From a virus, in the IMG/VR virus record IMGVR_UViG_3300042261_001186, positions 66,398 through 130,397 of that record: 64,000 bases of DNA; one strand, written 5' to 3'. Numbering within the stretch: the first letter of the stretch is position 1; every line of letters begins with the position of its first letter. Positions 26,971 to 36,741 of this stretch are shown one piece after another. A program made the translations under genes and the position numbers. The notes beneath the pieces are model-generated. The model was not told the origin of the DNA. It searched no databases and saw only the letters and a program-made list of their open reading frames with translations.

Positions 26971-29473
26971 TCACATTTGGTTTCATATAATTTAATGTCT
27001 TATCCAATTTTTCTTTATCTAAATATTTTTCTATTTCTTCTTCGGTGGCTCTCCTGTGCCATCTATCATCATAGTTTGTTTGGCAAGTTGGTACTTTTCC
27101 TTTGTTTGGAGACCTTTTGTCAACTTCCCATATGTACCTTCTGCTAGCAACACCATTGTAGTGCATATGTAGGACAACATGAATCATAGGTTTACATTGG
27201 CCAAAACCGACTATGAAAGGGGAATACATAATGTAAAAAAATTCTTCATCATCATCCCAATCATCTTCACCATATGGGTCAACTTCACTATATACTGATT
27301 CTTTGAACATTTCTGGTTTATCTATATATCTTCCACCTTTTAAATACAACCAATGATTGTTTACATAAAGTCTATATAAACTTCCAAAAATATCTGTTAA
27401 AAATTGTAATCTAGGATTACCATCAGTTAATATTGAACCATATAAATCTAATTTATCTGCTAATGTATCAACATATTTCCTGAACCTATCATATGCTATG
27501 TCATATGGACTATTTTCTTTATTATAATAAAGTTCATATTCTTTAAAAAGATCTTTTATTTCATCTTCATCAAGTCCTATTTTTCTTAACCAATCTATGA
27601 CTTTTTCATCTTTTCCTTTAGGTATATAATTATATTTCCAATTTTCTTCTTCAAATGGGTCAACATCACTATGATTTTCATTTATTCTTTTTGTGAAACG
27701 TGGATCAGTGTACCCACCATCATACCAATAATGATCTTTATTTTTTATTTTTATCATTAATACGCCTTCGTCATTCACATACTTGTTTTCTATTTCATAG
27801 ATATCTTTATTATTGAAATAACTATTAGGTGTTGCTAACCATTTAACTTTGTCACCTATTTTAAAATTATCATAATCTATGTCATCCCAATCTTCTTCAT
27901 TATAAGGATCTACTTCTTCTTTGTTTTCATTTATAACATTTAAAATTGTGAATGAACTAATAGGTATTTCATAAAATTCCATTTCTCCTGCTGTTTTAAA
28001 TTTATCAAAAGTGAATTCAATATAATCTCCTTTTTGTTCAGTTATATTAATAATATATTTTTGATTTCTGTTTAAATGTAGATAATTGCCACCATGATAA
28101 TATACATAAAAATCCTGGTCTTGATTATTCCAGTTGTATCTATAGGCAGGTGTTTCTTGATCTTTCAACATTAAAATTTCACATTCTCCAATAGGTATTT
28201 CAACATCATTCCAATCTTCTTCACTATATGGGTCTACATCTAAATGACTTTCATTTATTATTTTGGTAAAATAATTACCTATATTACCATAATGGAAAAT
28301 TACTCTAGCATTAGCATCATTCCTCACATAAAGATAATGATCTGGATGTAGTTTACTAAGTTCAATTACTTCATATGTCTTACCTACATAAAAATGTAAC
28401 CCTCCTATTTGTCTGATACATTTCAATTTGTCACCGACTTTGTATGTTGGTCCATATTCCCAGTTATCAACATCATCTATTTTTTTACCTAAAACCCACC
28501 ATTTATCATTACTTTCATTGAGTTTTTTGATAAATAATTCAGGATGCCAACCTCTGTCAATATCAAATTTATTATTTTTCTTAACTGGTTCTACATTAAT
28601 ATAATATGTTTTAAATCCATGTGGTTTATAAACATCAAGTACAACATAATCATATCCTTTTTGTAAATATTTTGGTCCCATATTATGTCCATCAATACAA
28701 GTGACTATATCACCTATATCAAAAGGACCTTTTTCTTCTATTTCATTCCAATCTTCTTCACTAAATGAATCGACATCCAAATGTGATTCATTGAGTTTCT
28801 TTTTTTGTAATTTGAAATCGAATTCAACAAGTTCCCACTTTTCAATCCACCTACCTTGACTGATAAAGTATTTTATAGTTTTGTAATATTCTGGGTCCCT
28901 TATTTCCTTTATTTCCCCCATATATACACCATCCCAATCATAAATTATATCTCCTATGTTTATTTCAGTATCTATATTTATTTCAGATATTTCTTCATTT
29001 CCATCCCAATTATCCTCACCTAATGGATCAATATCCAAATGTGATTCAAGTAAATCTTCAATCCAATCTTCTTCACCATATGGATCATTTTCACTTATTA
29101 CTGAAGTTGGTTTTATCAATATGTCATCTAAATTCAAAAACCTTTCACGTATGGTTCCATATCTACTTTTGTAATTTATTCTTATGGGGTATTTAATTAA
29201 ATGTGTTGACCCTACTTCTTTATCTTTAGTTTTTTCAAAAGAAATTGGAATTATTTTTTCATCAACAAAAAGTCTTATGTTATGTCTGTCCACAGGGTGT
29301 TCTTTACCATAAAAATGAACTTCTTCTAATGTAAAATTTTCATTTAAATAATATATGACTTTATCCAAATCTCCAAACTTATCATAAATGTCCATTATCT
29401 TGACTTTCATAACTCGTTCTTTGTCAAAATCAAAACTTAATTGAGTTTCATATGTTTTGAAACGTTTAATCAT
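26966..29473 (-). CDS. large modular DP-tag polyprotein (835 aa)
   Basis: About eight modules separated mostly by [LI]NE[SN] + D(P)xxEE[DN]W; several F/YxIGDxVxC SH3-like modules. Confidence 0.85.
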   Translation of the reverse strand: MIKRFKTYETQLSFDFDKERVMKVKIMDIYDKFGDLDKVIYYLNENFTLEEVHFYGKEHPVDRHNIRLFVDEKIIPISFEKTKDKEVGSTHLIKYPIRINYKSRYGTIRERFLNLDDILIKPTSVISENDPYGEEDWIEDLLESHLDIDPLGEDNWDGNEEISEINIDTEINIGDIIYDWDGVYMGEIKEIRDPEYYKTIKYFISQGRWIEKWELVEFDFKLQKKKLNESHLDVDSFSEEDWNEIEEKGPFDIGDIVTCIDGHNMGPKYLQKGYDYVVLDVYKPHGFKTYYINVEPVKKNNKFDIDRGWHPELFIKKLNESNDKWWVLGKKIDDVDNWEYGPTYKVGDKLKCIRQIGGLHFYVGKTYEVIELSKLHPDHYLYVRNDANARVIFHYGNIGNYFTKIINESHLDVDPYSEEDWNDVEIPIGECEILMLKDQETPAYRYNWNNQDQDFYVYYHGGNYLHLNRNQKYIINITEQKGDYIEFTFDKFKTAGEMEFYEIPISSFTILNVINENKEEVDPYNEEDWDDIDYDNFKIGDKVKWLATPNSYFNNKDIYEIENKYVNDEGVLMIKIKNKDHYWYDGGYTDPRFTKRINENHSDVDPFEEENWKYNYIPKGKDEKVIDWLRKIGLDEDEIKDLFKEYELYYNKENSPYDIAYDRFRKYVDTLADKLDLYGSILTDGNPRLQFLTDIFGSLYRLYVNNHWLYLKGGRYIDKPEMFKESVYSEVDPYGEDDWDDDEEFFYIMYSPFIVGFGQCKPMIHVVLHMHYNGVASRRYIWEVDKRSPNKGKVPTCQTNYDDRWHRRATEEEIEKYLDKEKLDKTLNYMKPNVN

Positions 29474-29549
29474 AAACCTATATATTAAATTTTTTAAAGA
29501 ACTTTTTTAATTTTATATATACATATAATAAAAAATAATCAATTTAATT

Positions 29550-29843
29550 ATGTATATCTGGAACGACATTATATCACGCGATAAGCATTCTAAAATATTT
29601 GAAGTGGACATAAATCAATATAATCCTAATGATCCTGATTTCCCAAATAGACATTTTGTTGGATTTAAAAATGGTATAGTTAAAATGACAGAAGAAGAAA
29701 TAGTTGAAAGAATAAAAAATGGGGAAACCTTCTATACACTTGATAAAAGTGCTAAGGTTTTAATTTATGATGAAAAACATATTATTTCTAAAAAAGATAA
29801 AAAATTGGATAATAATATAAATAGATTACCATTAATGGATTAA
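29550..29843 (+). CDS. DUF3892-like protein
   Basis: IVERIKNGETFYT...KDKKLDNNINRLP pattern. Confidence 0.5.
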   Translation: MYIWNDIISRDKHSKIFEVDINQYNPNDPDFPNRHFVGFKNGIVKMTEEEIVERIKNGETFYTLDKSAKVLIYDEKHIISKKDKKLDNNINRLPLMD

Positions 29844-30122
29844 TCACAATTTATTGGTATTTTCTTTTATAATTTTTTTAACTACATCCAATTGTTTCTG
29901 ATAATCATTTTCATCAAAAAACCATTCATCATCAAACCCAAATTTCTTATTCAAAATATTATTTATAGAATCTATATCTAATGTTAAATTACCATCTCTA
30001 TCTATATAGTTTTTATATTTTAGGAAAGAAAATACTCTGAACAATTCTGAAAAAGAATCAACATAATCTAAATCTCTAACATTAAAGAGATCTTCTAGTA
30101 AAAATAATTTTAAATGTTTCAT
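29844..30122 (-). CDS. leader-bearing small protein
   Basis: MKHLKLFLLE. Confidence 0.65.
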   Translation of the reverse strand: MKHLKLFLLEDLFNVRDLDYVDSFSELFRVFSFLKYKNYIDRDGNLTLDIDSINNILNKKFGFDDEWFFDENDYQKQLDVVKKIIKENTNKL

Positions 30123-30136
30123 ATATTTTCTTTTTT

Positions 30137-31321
30137 TTAGTCTTCCAAATTATCTTCTCCCAATGGATCTATATCTGAATGTTCAAATCCAAAAGGTTCA
30201 TAAGACAAACAATTATCATGTCTACTGAATCCAGTCATTTTACCATAATCCCCCAATGCTTTACAAGAATACATTGGACTACTTCCCCTAAGGAATTTAT
30301 GTGGACTATTGTCATATGTTGTTATGTCTGTTATTTTCCACAAGGTGTTTCTATAATTGTCTTTGGCTTTGCTGTCATCTTCAATTATTCCACTATCATA
30401 AGCATTCCTACCTTTGAAATATACTACATCCCCAATCTTGAATTTAGGTATTGGAAATTCAGCACTTTCATTTGTTTTCTTTAAAAAGACACCATCTAAA
30501 GTTTCTTGATAAAAACCATTATATTTAGGACTATCATCATCCCAATTCTCTTCACCTAAAGGATCTACATCTATATGATTTTCATTTAATTTTTTCTTAG
30601 CAAATCTTTCCTTTGCCCAAAATTTGTCAATACCTCTAATTTTCAGAAATTCATGTCCTAATCCAAATTTTTCAGTGTCCACAACCTCATAATCTTTACC
30701 AGTTTTCAACAAATTTTCTGTTCCCCTCGGTACATTGGATTCATAATCATTTACACAAGTCACAATGTCACCAATTTCTATATTACTTAAATCATAATCA
30801 TTCCAATCTTCTTCTTCAAAAGGATCAATTTCTGTGTGACTTTCATTCAATTGTTTCCTAATAAACCTATTATTGTTCCAATATCTATTCAAACAACCAT
30901 CTATATCTAATATGACATGTTTACCATCTAGGTGAACTTCTAATACTTCATAATCATCACCATGATATAGTATATCATCAGAACCTGCACTATTTATACA
31001 GGTCAATATATCACCTCTTCTGAATGGATTGTCATCATCCCAATTTTCTTCACCAAGTGGATCTACTTCATTATGATTTTCATTCAATATTTTTTTGAAT
31101 CTAGATGGGTCCCAATAACCATCATCACCTTTGATTTTTATTGTTGGTTCACCTATAAAAATAACTATATCATCTACTATATATTGTTGATTTTTAAATA
31201 ATCTTATTCCGTCATAAGTACCTCTAACACAAATAACAGAATCACCAACTTCTATTTCATCCCAATTTTCTTCATTATATGGATCTATTTCTGAGTGAAA
31301 ATTTTCAAAAGATTTTATCAT
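30137..31321 (-). CDS. modular DP-tag polyprotein (394 aa, 5 tags)
   Basis: Repeated LNE[NS]H..[IV]DP..EE[ND]W followed by GD.[VL].C...L..G..Y.V modules. Confidence 0.85.
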   Translation of the reverse strand: MIKSFENFHSEIDPYNEENWDEIEVGDSVICVRGTYDGIRLFKNQQYIVDDIVIFIGEPTIKIKGDDGYWDPSRFKKILNENHNEVDPLGEENWDDDNPFRRGDILTCINSAGSDDILYHGDDYEVLEVHLDGKHVILDIDGCLNRYWNNNRFIRKQLNESHTEIDPFEEEDWNDYDLSNIEIGDIVTCVNDYESNVPRGTENLLKTGKDYEVVDTEKFGLGHEFLKIRGIDKFWAKERFAKKKLNENHIDVDPLGEENWDDDSPKYNGFYQETLDGVFLKKTNESAEFPIPKFKIGDVVYFKGRNAYDSGIIEDDSKAKDNYRNTLWKITDITTYDNSPHKFLRGSSPMYSCKALGDYGKMTGFSRHDNCLSYEPFGFEHSDIDPLGEDNLED

Positions 31322-31440
31322 AAACCTATATATTAAATATTATTTTGGAAAAATGAGATTAAAAATAAATAATATATAATTTGGTAGATATAAATATTTG
31401 TTGTATATTTGTATTGAAATGTGTTCTTAAAAATATTGAA

Positions 31441-31657
31441 GATTTAAATTGACTGAAAACGACAAGCTTGGAAACAAGTGATGACACTGAACTTAGGAGA
31501 AAACTGCGGTCTTGTACGGTTTTTTGTGATTAACCGGTGGTCAAGAGGTTCCTGGAATTGCCTTAACTGCCAGCGTTAGTAGTAAAACGAAAACTTACTA
31601 TATGGGAAAATTTTTCCTTGTTACAGCGGAAACTCACAAACTGGCTGTAACTTTTTT
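31441..31657 (+). ncRNA. structured ncRNA, raiA-motif-like (copy 2); ends approximate
   Basis: Own TAnnTTTG promoter (31404) and boxA-like element (31422); blocks AAAACGA, CTTG-GAAA-CAAG, CTTAGGA, TTAGTAGT, CGAAAACTT; terminal stem GTTACAGC/GCTGTAAC + T run. Confidence 0.6.
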
Positions 31658-32243
31658 ATTTTACCAAAGGACCATTTGGATGTAATTTCACTTCTCTATC
31701 TACAGACCCATCTATGTAAGTTTTACCTTTCATTTGAGTTTGCATTGTTATGTTATAAGTTTTTGGATTCACTTTTTCAAATATGACTATAACCGTGTAA
31801 AGTGAAGCATCTTTTGATTTTATCATAACTCTACTCTGATTTCTTATTTGATTTGTGTCTATCATAAAAGTTATGTGATTTATATTATTGTAAATTATAT
31901 TAATTCCTTCAAATGGTCCAGGAGTGAGATATCTATCTGCTTCATATTCTTTTCTTAGGAATTTAACATACCAATGTTGTGTTGTATATAAATCATAATT
32001 GATAGATCTTATTTGTCCAGTTTTTTCATTTTTATAACTTCCAATAAAAGGATTTATCTCATCTAACTTTTTTTCAACAATATTTTCAATTTCCCTTAGT
32101 TTCATTTTATTTTCACTTGAAATAATAGTATCTTTATTATAATATTTAAAGTCAAATTGCTCTAAAATATAATCCCAATAAGGTCCATTTATAACCTGAA
32201 TTATGACATTATTTTTAATAAAACTATTGTATTCTAGTAACAT
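31656..32243 (-). CDS. hypothetical protein
   Basis: 195 aa; leader-like MLLEYNSFIK. Confidence 0.7.
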   Translation of the reverse strand: MLLEYNSFIKNNVIIQVINGPYWDYILEQFDFKYYNKDTIISSENKMKLREIENIVEKKLDEINPFIGSYKNEKTGQIRSINYDLYTTQHWYVKFLRKEYEADRYLTPGPFEGINIIYNNINHITFMIDTNQIRNQSRVMIKSKDASLYTVIVIFEKVNPKTYNITMQTQMKGKTYIDGSVDREVKLHPNGPLVK

Positions 32244-32323
32244 TGAAAATAATTTGTTTTTGTTATATATTAAATTTTTTAATCAACATTTATCGATTAT
32301 CTTTGTATATAATTATAAAAACT

Positions 32324-32482
32324 ATGTTAAAAGTAGAAGGACATTTTCTAAATATTTTTGCAAATGAATTCTCTTTAGGAGTGTATACTTTGAATGGAGA
32401 AGATGAAACTGGGTACTTTAGATCTATTAACATAGGATTTATAATATTTGAATTAAACATTTTTAATTACCCTGAATTATGA
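32324..32482 (+). CDS. small hypothetical protein
   Basis: ATG just after TATCTTTG promoter. Confidence 0.55.
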   Translation: MLKVEGHFLNIFANEFSLGVYTLNGEDETGYFRSINIGFIIFELNIFNYPEL

Positions 32483-32868
32483 CAAAAGAAGAATTAGATG
32501 AAAAAATCAATGAACTTAAACGTTCACATTATGAATTGATAAGTTCAATCGAAGAAGATATCAAACTCGAAGAAGAACTTTGGGAAGATACTGATATTAG
32601 TGATAAATTGGACATATGTCCTAAACAAATGAGACAAATGAGAAATCATTATGTTCCACTCTCAGATATGTATCCTGATATAAAAATTATAAATATACCA
32701 CCTGACAATGGTGGACAACCTTCTAAAGATGATTTTGTAAAAAAAATTATGCTTCAACTTTATACTGAAAGAATGCAGTTAAAGAAAAAAATTGAAGAAG
32801 GTGAAAGAATCCTAAAATACAACAACGAATTACTTAAGAACTCTGATCCAAATGGTGATTGGGATTAA
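32479..32868 (+). CDS. hypothetical protein with degenerate DP tag
   Basis: Ends SDPNGDWD. Confidence 0.7.
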   Translation: MTKEELDEKINELKRSHYELISSIEEDIKLEEELWEDTDISDKLDICPKQMRQMRNHYVPLSDMYPDIKIINIPPDNGGQPSKDDFVKKIMLQLYTERMQLKKKIEEGERILKYNNELLKNSDPNGDWD

Positions 32869-32880
32869 TATTTAAAATTA

Positions 32881-33183
32881 ATGGAACTCAGTAGTTATCA
32901 GATAAAAGCTATTTTAAGACACATACCAGGTATTTTACATGTATTGTATTTGGGGAATAATAAATATGTTTTCAATTACAAAAAAGAAAATGGTACAAGT
33001 TATCAAACTAGAATGATTATTCAAAAAAAACAATATGTACCAATTCATCTTAGACATTTGAGTATGGAATCTCTTTTTTTTGTAAAAACAGAAATTGAAA
33101 GAAGTGTTAGAAAACATATAGAGATGCGTAATATTTTTGGAAGAAAAGAAGAGTATAAAGAGGAGAACATAGAATGGATGTAG
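32881..33183 (+). CDS. IEW-tagged protein
   Basis: Ends YKEENIEWM. Confidence 0.75.
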   Translation: MELSSYQIKAILRHIPGILHVLYLGNNKYVFNYKKENGTSYQTRMIIQKKQYVPIHLRHLSMESLFFVKTEIERSVRKHIEMRNIFGRKEEYKEENIEWM

Positions 33184-33425
33184 GTATTTACAAACCAAAA
33201 GATATGTATTATGGATTGGATTCTGTTAAAATAAAAAAAGTAGTTTATTTTTTAAGAGATCAACATGATTGGACCAATAGGAAATTCAAGACTTATGAAG
33301 ATTGTTTGGAATTCAAAACACATTTCAGTAGTGATGTGTGGGATGAATTTGTTAAATATTTAGAGAAATATCAAAACATAACTATTATAGAGAAAATCAA
33401 AGAGGAGGATATAGAATGGCTTTGA
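33174..33425 (+). CDS. IEW-tagged protein
   Basis: Ends IKEEDIEWL. Confidence 0.75.
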   Translation: MDVGIYKPKDMYYGLDSVKIKKVVYFLRDQHDWTNRKFKTYEDCLEFKTHFSSDVWDEFVKYLEKYQNITIIEKIKEEDIEWL

Positions 33426-33694
33426 TATTGGAAAACATAGCGATTATTTCGAAATATTTGAAAAGTGCCAAAGTGAATTACACTGGTAACAACATGTATT
33501 CAATTATCATTCGCGATTTGTATGTCAATGTTTTGATAGATGAACACTTATATGATTTGGAATTAATGACGATGGTCAGGTTTGCGTTCAAAGAAAAATA
33601 TGGAGTTGATATTTTGAAGACAACACTTGAACATAATTTGAAACGTTTGAATGATAAAGAAACTTATAAAGAGGAGGATATAGAGTGGTTATGA
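33416..33694 (+). CDS. IEW-tagged protein
   Basis: Ends YKEEDIEWL. Confidence 0.75.
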   Translation: MALILENIAIISKYLKSAKVNYTGNNMYSIIIRDLYVNVLIDEHLYDLELMTMVRFAFKEKYGVDILKTTLEHNLKRLNDKETYKEEDIEWL

Positions 33695-33963
33695 GACAAA
33701 CTACAGTTTTGATACAAAATAAATTACCGAATGGGTTCAAAGTTGATTACCAACTAGGTGGGTCTCAATTGATTGTTTATACACCAAATTGGAAATCTGT
33801 AACAATTAGATTGAGTTCCTTAGAAATAAGACATGCGCACAGGTTGATAGATTCTATTGTCAGAAGAATAGAGTCAAAATTCAAATACAAACACAACATT
33901 TATCTTAATGTGGAACCTAGGTACATTGAAACATATAAAGAGGAGAATATAGAATGGATATAA
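33691..33963 (+). CDS. IEW-tagged protein
   Basis: Ends YKEENIEWI. Confidence 0.75.
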   Translation: MRQTTVLIQNKLPNGFKVDYQLGGSQLIVYTPNWKSVTIRLSSLEIRHAHRLIDSIVRRIESKFKYKHNIYLNVEPRYIETYKEENIEWI

Positions 33964-34301
33964 GTCCTAGAAGAGCATGTGAATTGATAAAGGACAAGCT
34001 TCCTAATGGATATGAAATCAGTTATAAAATATAACCAGGATGGAGAGGCTGAGGAGAAGCTGGATTTTGGATTACTTCCTTATCAGGAAGTGGGGTTTTC
34101 TCTATTGTTACCAATGATAAAAAATCAATTAAAGTATCAGTTTATTATCATGAAATAATGCAATTGGAAAGCAATTATATATTGGAAAGTGTTATCAATA
34201 GAATTAAAAAGAATTTTGAAATAAAATATGAAACTTTAGCTCCAACATGGCTCCATGAAAATCTTGAAAATTACAAAGAGGAGGACATAGAATGGTTATG
34301 A
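33954..34301 (+). pseudogene. IEW-tagged gene interrupted by an in-frame insertion of about 48 nt with two stops
   Basis: MDISP...KLPNGYEISYKI*PGWRG*GEAGFWITSLSGSGVF...YKEEDIEWL in one frame; paralog of 33691 (KLPNG). Confidence 0.65.
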
Positions 34302-34561
34302 CAAAAGATGTTCTAGAAAAAGTTAAATCTTTACATGGAATAAATTATATTTTTCATGATGGAATGTGTAGATTGGAATATAATGGATATATGGTTCAGT
34401 TCAAACTCTATAAAAGTTATTCTAGTACTATTAAAATAATTGGATTAATAAAGAAACATTTTTATCAAAAACATAGATTACATTTCAATATGAGAGATGT
34501 TGCAGAATTATTTAAAAATGGTATAGAACATTATAAAGAGGAGAACATAGAATGGCTATGA
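34292..34561 (+). CDS. IEW-tagged protein
   Basis: Ends YKEENIEWL. Confidence 0.75.
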   Translation: MVMTKDVLEKVKSLHGINYIFHDGMCRLEYNGYMVQFKLYKSYSSTIKIIGLIKKHFYQKHRLHFNMRDVAELFKNGIEHYKEENIEWL

Positions 34562-34809
34562 CAAAAAATCAGATTGCTGATATGATAGAAGATTCTTTTG
34601 AAGGGACATTGGTGAGGTTCTTATCAGATAATGTCATAAAACTCCATTATGATCTTAAATGGGGTAATCGAAAAAAAAGGACTATTGTGATAGGTATAGA
34701 TTCTTCTTTTAAATATGAAAGTAAAGAAAAACTTTTGGTTAGGATAGAGAAAATTTTGGAAGAATATAAAGAAGAAAAATATGATGAATCAAACATAGAA
34801 TGGTTATGA
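34552..34809 (+). CDS. IEW-tagged protein
   Basis: Ends YDESNIEWL. Confidence 0.75.
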   Translation: MAMTKNQIADMIEDSFEGTLVRFLSDNVIKLHYDLKWGNRKKRTIVIGIDSSFKYESKEKLLVRIEKILEEYKEEKYDESNIEWL

Positions 34810-35063
34810 TGGATCAATTGGAAGTATTAGAACAAATAGATAAAATGCATGGAATAGAATCAGTTAATTACATTGGTTTAAATACATATTCTATACATAT
34901 CAAAGACAACAGAAAAATTTCAATAAAAATAAATCATGAAAAAATAAGTTTGACTCATATGGATTTACTTAAAGAATCTATATACCGTGATTTTAGGATG
35001 AAATATGGTATCAATTTACACAACATAGAAAAATATGATGATTCAAATATAGAATGGTTATGA
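34800..35063 (+). CDS. IEW-tagged protein
   Basis: Ends YDDSNIEWL. Confidence 0.75.
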   Translation: MVMMDQLEVLEQIDKMHGIESVNYIGLNTYSIHIKDNRKISIKINHEKISLTHMDLLKESIYRDFRMKYGINLHNIEKYDDSNIEWL

Positions 35064-35383
35064 AAAGAGAATATTTAAAATACGTGAAAAACGCTGGTGA
35101 AATTATACGTAGGAATTTCAACATACCAGAACTTGACAAACCTTTGAATAGATTAAATGAAATGTATAATCAAAGTGGTGGTCAAATTTACAATGAAAAT
35201 AAGGTAAAGCTGGATCCTTTGGGAGAAGAAGATTGGGGAGATGAAAATGAAGAAAACAACATAGACATAAATGAAGTAGAAACTATAGCCAAATACTTTG
35301 AATATGTAATTGAAAATAGAATGAAAGATATGAAAAAAAATGTGGTTTTGAAAGAAGCCATAGAAAATAGATTTGACTTATGA
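35054..35383 (+). CDS. protein with internal DP tag
   Basis: YNENKVKLDPLGEEDW. Confidence 0.7.
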   Translation: MVMKREYLKYVKNAGEIIRRNFNIPELDKPLNRLNEMYNQSGGQIYNENKVKLDPLGEEDWGDENEENNIDINEVETIAKYFEYVIENRMKDMKKNVVLKEAIENRFDL

Positions 35384-35427
35384 TAATTATACCTAGATTA
35401 TTAGCATTTACATTTAAAAAACACAAA

Positions 35428-35637
35428 ATGGAACCTAAGAAAGCATTAAATAATTATGCTAAATATTCAAGTATTGCAATACAAATGATAGTAATTATAT
35501 TACTTGGTGCATTTGGTGGGATAAAACTAGATCAATGGTTAAATACATCACCAATATTTACGGTTATTATTTTACTATTATCTGTTGTATTATCTATGTA
35601 TTTAGTAACAAAAGATTTATTGAAATTCAAAAGTTAA
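35428..35637 (+). CDS. atpZ: AtpZ/AtpI (ATPase gene 1) family membrane protein
   Basis: YAKYSSIAIQM...GAFGGIKLDQWL..SPIFTV, Bacteroidota-like. Confidence 0.75.
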   Translation: MEPKKALNNYAKYSSIAIQMIVIILLGAFGGIKLDQWLNTSPIFTVIILLLSVVLSMYLVTKDLLKFKS

Positions 35638-35648
35638 TATATACTTCT

Positions 35649-36200
35649 ATGAATATAGAAAAAGTTAAGGAAGATGCATTCAAGGCACATTCTGATATCA
35701 ATCATTTATATGATGGTAATAAACCATATAGTTTTCATTTAAATATGGTTGCTTTGAATGGAATATCTTTTAAGAAATTAATACCAAATAAAGATTGGTT
35801 GAATGTTCTTGCTGCTATTTATCATCATGATACACTTGAAGATACTGCTATGACTTATGATGAAATAGTATCTACAACAAATGATATTGTTGGTGAAATA
35901 GTATTTGCTTTAACTAATACTTTTGGTAGGGGTAATGATAAGTATTATGAAGGTATGAAAAAAGTTGAATATGCAACTTTTGTTAAATTGGCAGATAGAA
36001 TAGCTAATGTTCAATATAGTCTTGATCAAGCAAGAAAGACAGGTAATGACAGAAAATTAAAGATGTATAAGAAAGAGAATGAACATTTCAAACAAATGTT
36101 ATACACATCTGAATATGAATCTATGTGGAATTACTTGGATTACTTGTTTACAATGGAATTCACTGAGTTTTTAACTTTAGATGGTGATAAGTTATGGTAA
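35649..36200 (+). CDS. second HD-domain Mesh1/SpoT-like hydrolase
   Basis: AH...PY..HL..V, HHDTLEDT, VKLADRIAN. Confidence 0.8.
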   Translation: MNIEKVKEDAFKAHSDINHLYDGNKPYSFHLNMVALNGISFKKLIPNKDWLNVLAAIYHHDTLEDTAMTYDEIVSTTNDIVGEIVFALTNTFGRGNDKYYEGMKKVEYATFVKLADRIANVQYSLDQARKTGNDRKLKMYKKENEHFKQMLYTSEYESMWNYLDYLFTMEFTEFLTLDGDKLW

Positions 36201-36499
36201 CACTTATTGTTCTTTCTTTTTTTTATATATTATTCACTGGATTCTATTTCTATATGATGTATACAGAAAATGATTTCAGTGAATTCAAATGGCTTTTGTT
36301 AACACCATTGAATTTGATGTTTACTCTTTTTTTCATAGCAATGTTCATTAAAGAGAAAATAGATGATAGGAAGAATAACAGAATAAGAAAACATATAGAA
36401 AAATTGAAAATTATCGATAGGGAAGAAAAAATAAAATCAGGGTTATTGAAAACCAATCCACTTGATCCTTATTTTGAAGAAAATTGGGATGAAAATTAA
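36194..36499 (+). CDS. two-TM protein with C-terminal DP tag
   Basis: Ends PLDPYFEENWDEN. Confidence 0.7.
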   Translation: MVTLIVLSFFYILFTGFYFYMMYTENDFSEFKWLLLTPLNLMFTLFFIAMFIKEKIDDRKNNRIRKHIEKLKIIDREEKIKSGLLKTNPLDPYFEENWDEN

Positions 36500-36510
36500 A
36501 ACTAAAAAAT

Positions 36511-36741
36511 ATGAGAACGGTAGAATTTAAAGCAGAAGTTTGGGTATCTATAGATGTAGAAGATGATGAAATGACTAATGAAGAAATAATACAATCATTG
36601 GAAGATGGTGTTTATGTTGCTGATTTGTTACATATAGGTGATCCTATTGTTCAAGAAGGTGATGTCATGCAATCTATTTTATTAAAATCTGATAGTCTTA
36701 TAAGAGAAGATGATGATATAGTCTGGCAATATAATAAATAA
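36511..36741 (+). CDS. small acidic protein
   Basis: 76 aa ORF. Confidence 0.6.
   Translation: MRTVEFKAEVWVSIDVEDDEMTNEEIIQSLEDGVYVADLLHIGDPIVQEGDVMQSILLKSDSLIREDDDIVWQYNK

Larger units (their letters stand above)
32881..35063 (+). repeat. array of eight coupled small ORFs each ending in the IEW tag
   Basis: Junction consensus (TAT)AAAGAGGAG(A/G)A(C/T)ATAGAATGG..ATGA recurs every 240-340 bp. Confidence 0.85.

Noticed and set aside
24155-31321. Diversity-generating retroelement or shufflon behind module diversity
   Set aside because: No reverse transcriptase, no TR/VR pair differing at adenines, no invertase or inverted sites in the window
32881-35063. Regularly spaced ~30-bp repeats suggesting a CRISPR array
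   Set aside because: Spacing is 240-340 bp, intervals are full ORFs, repeats are degenerate and coding, no cas genes
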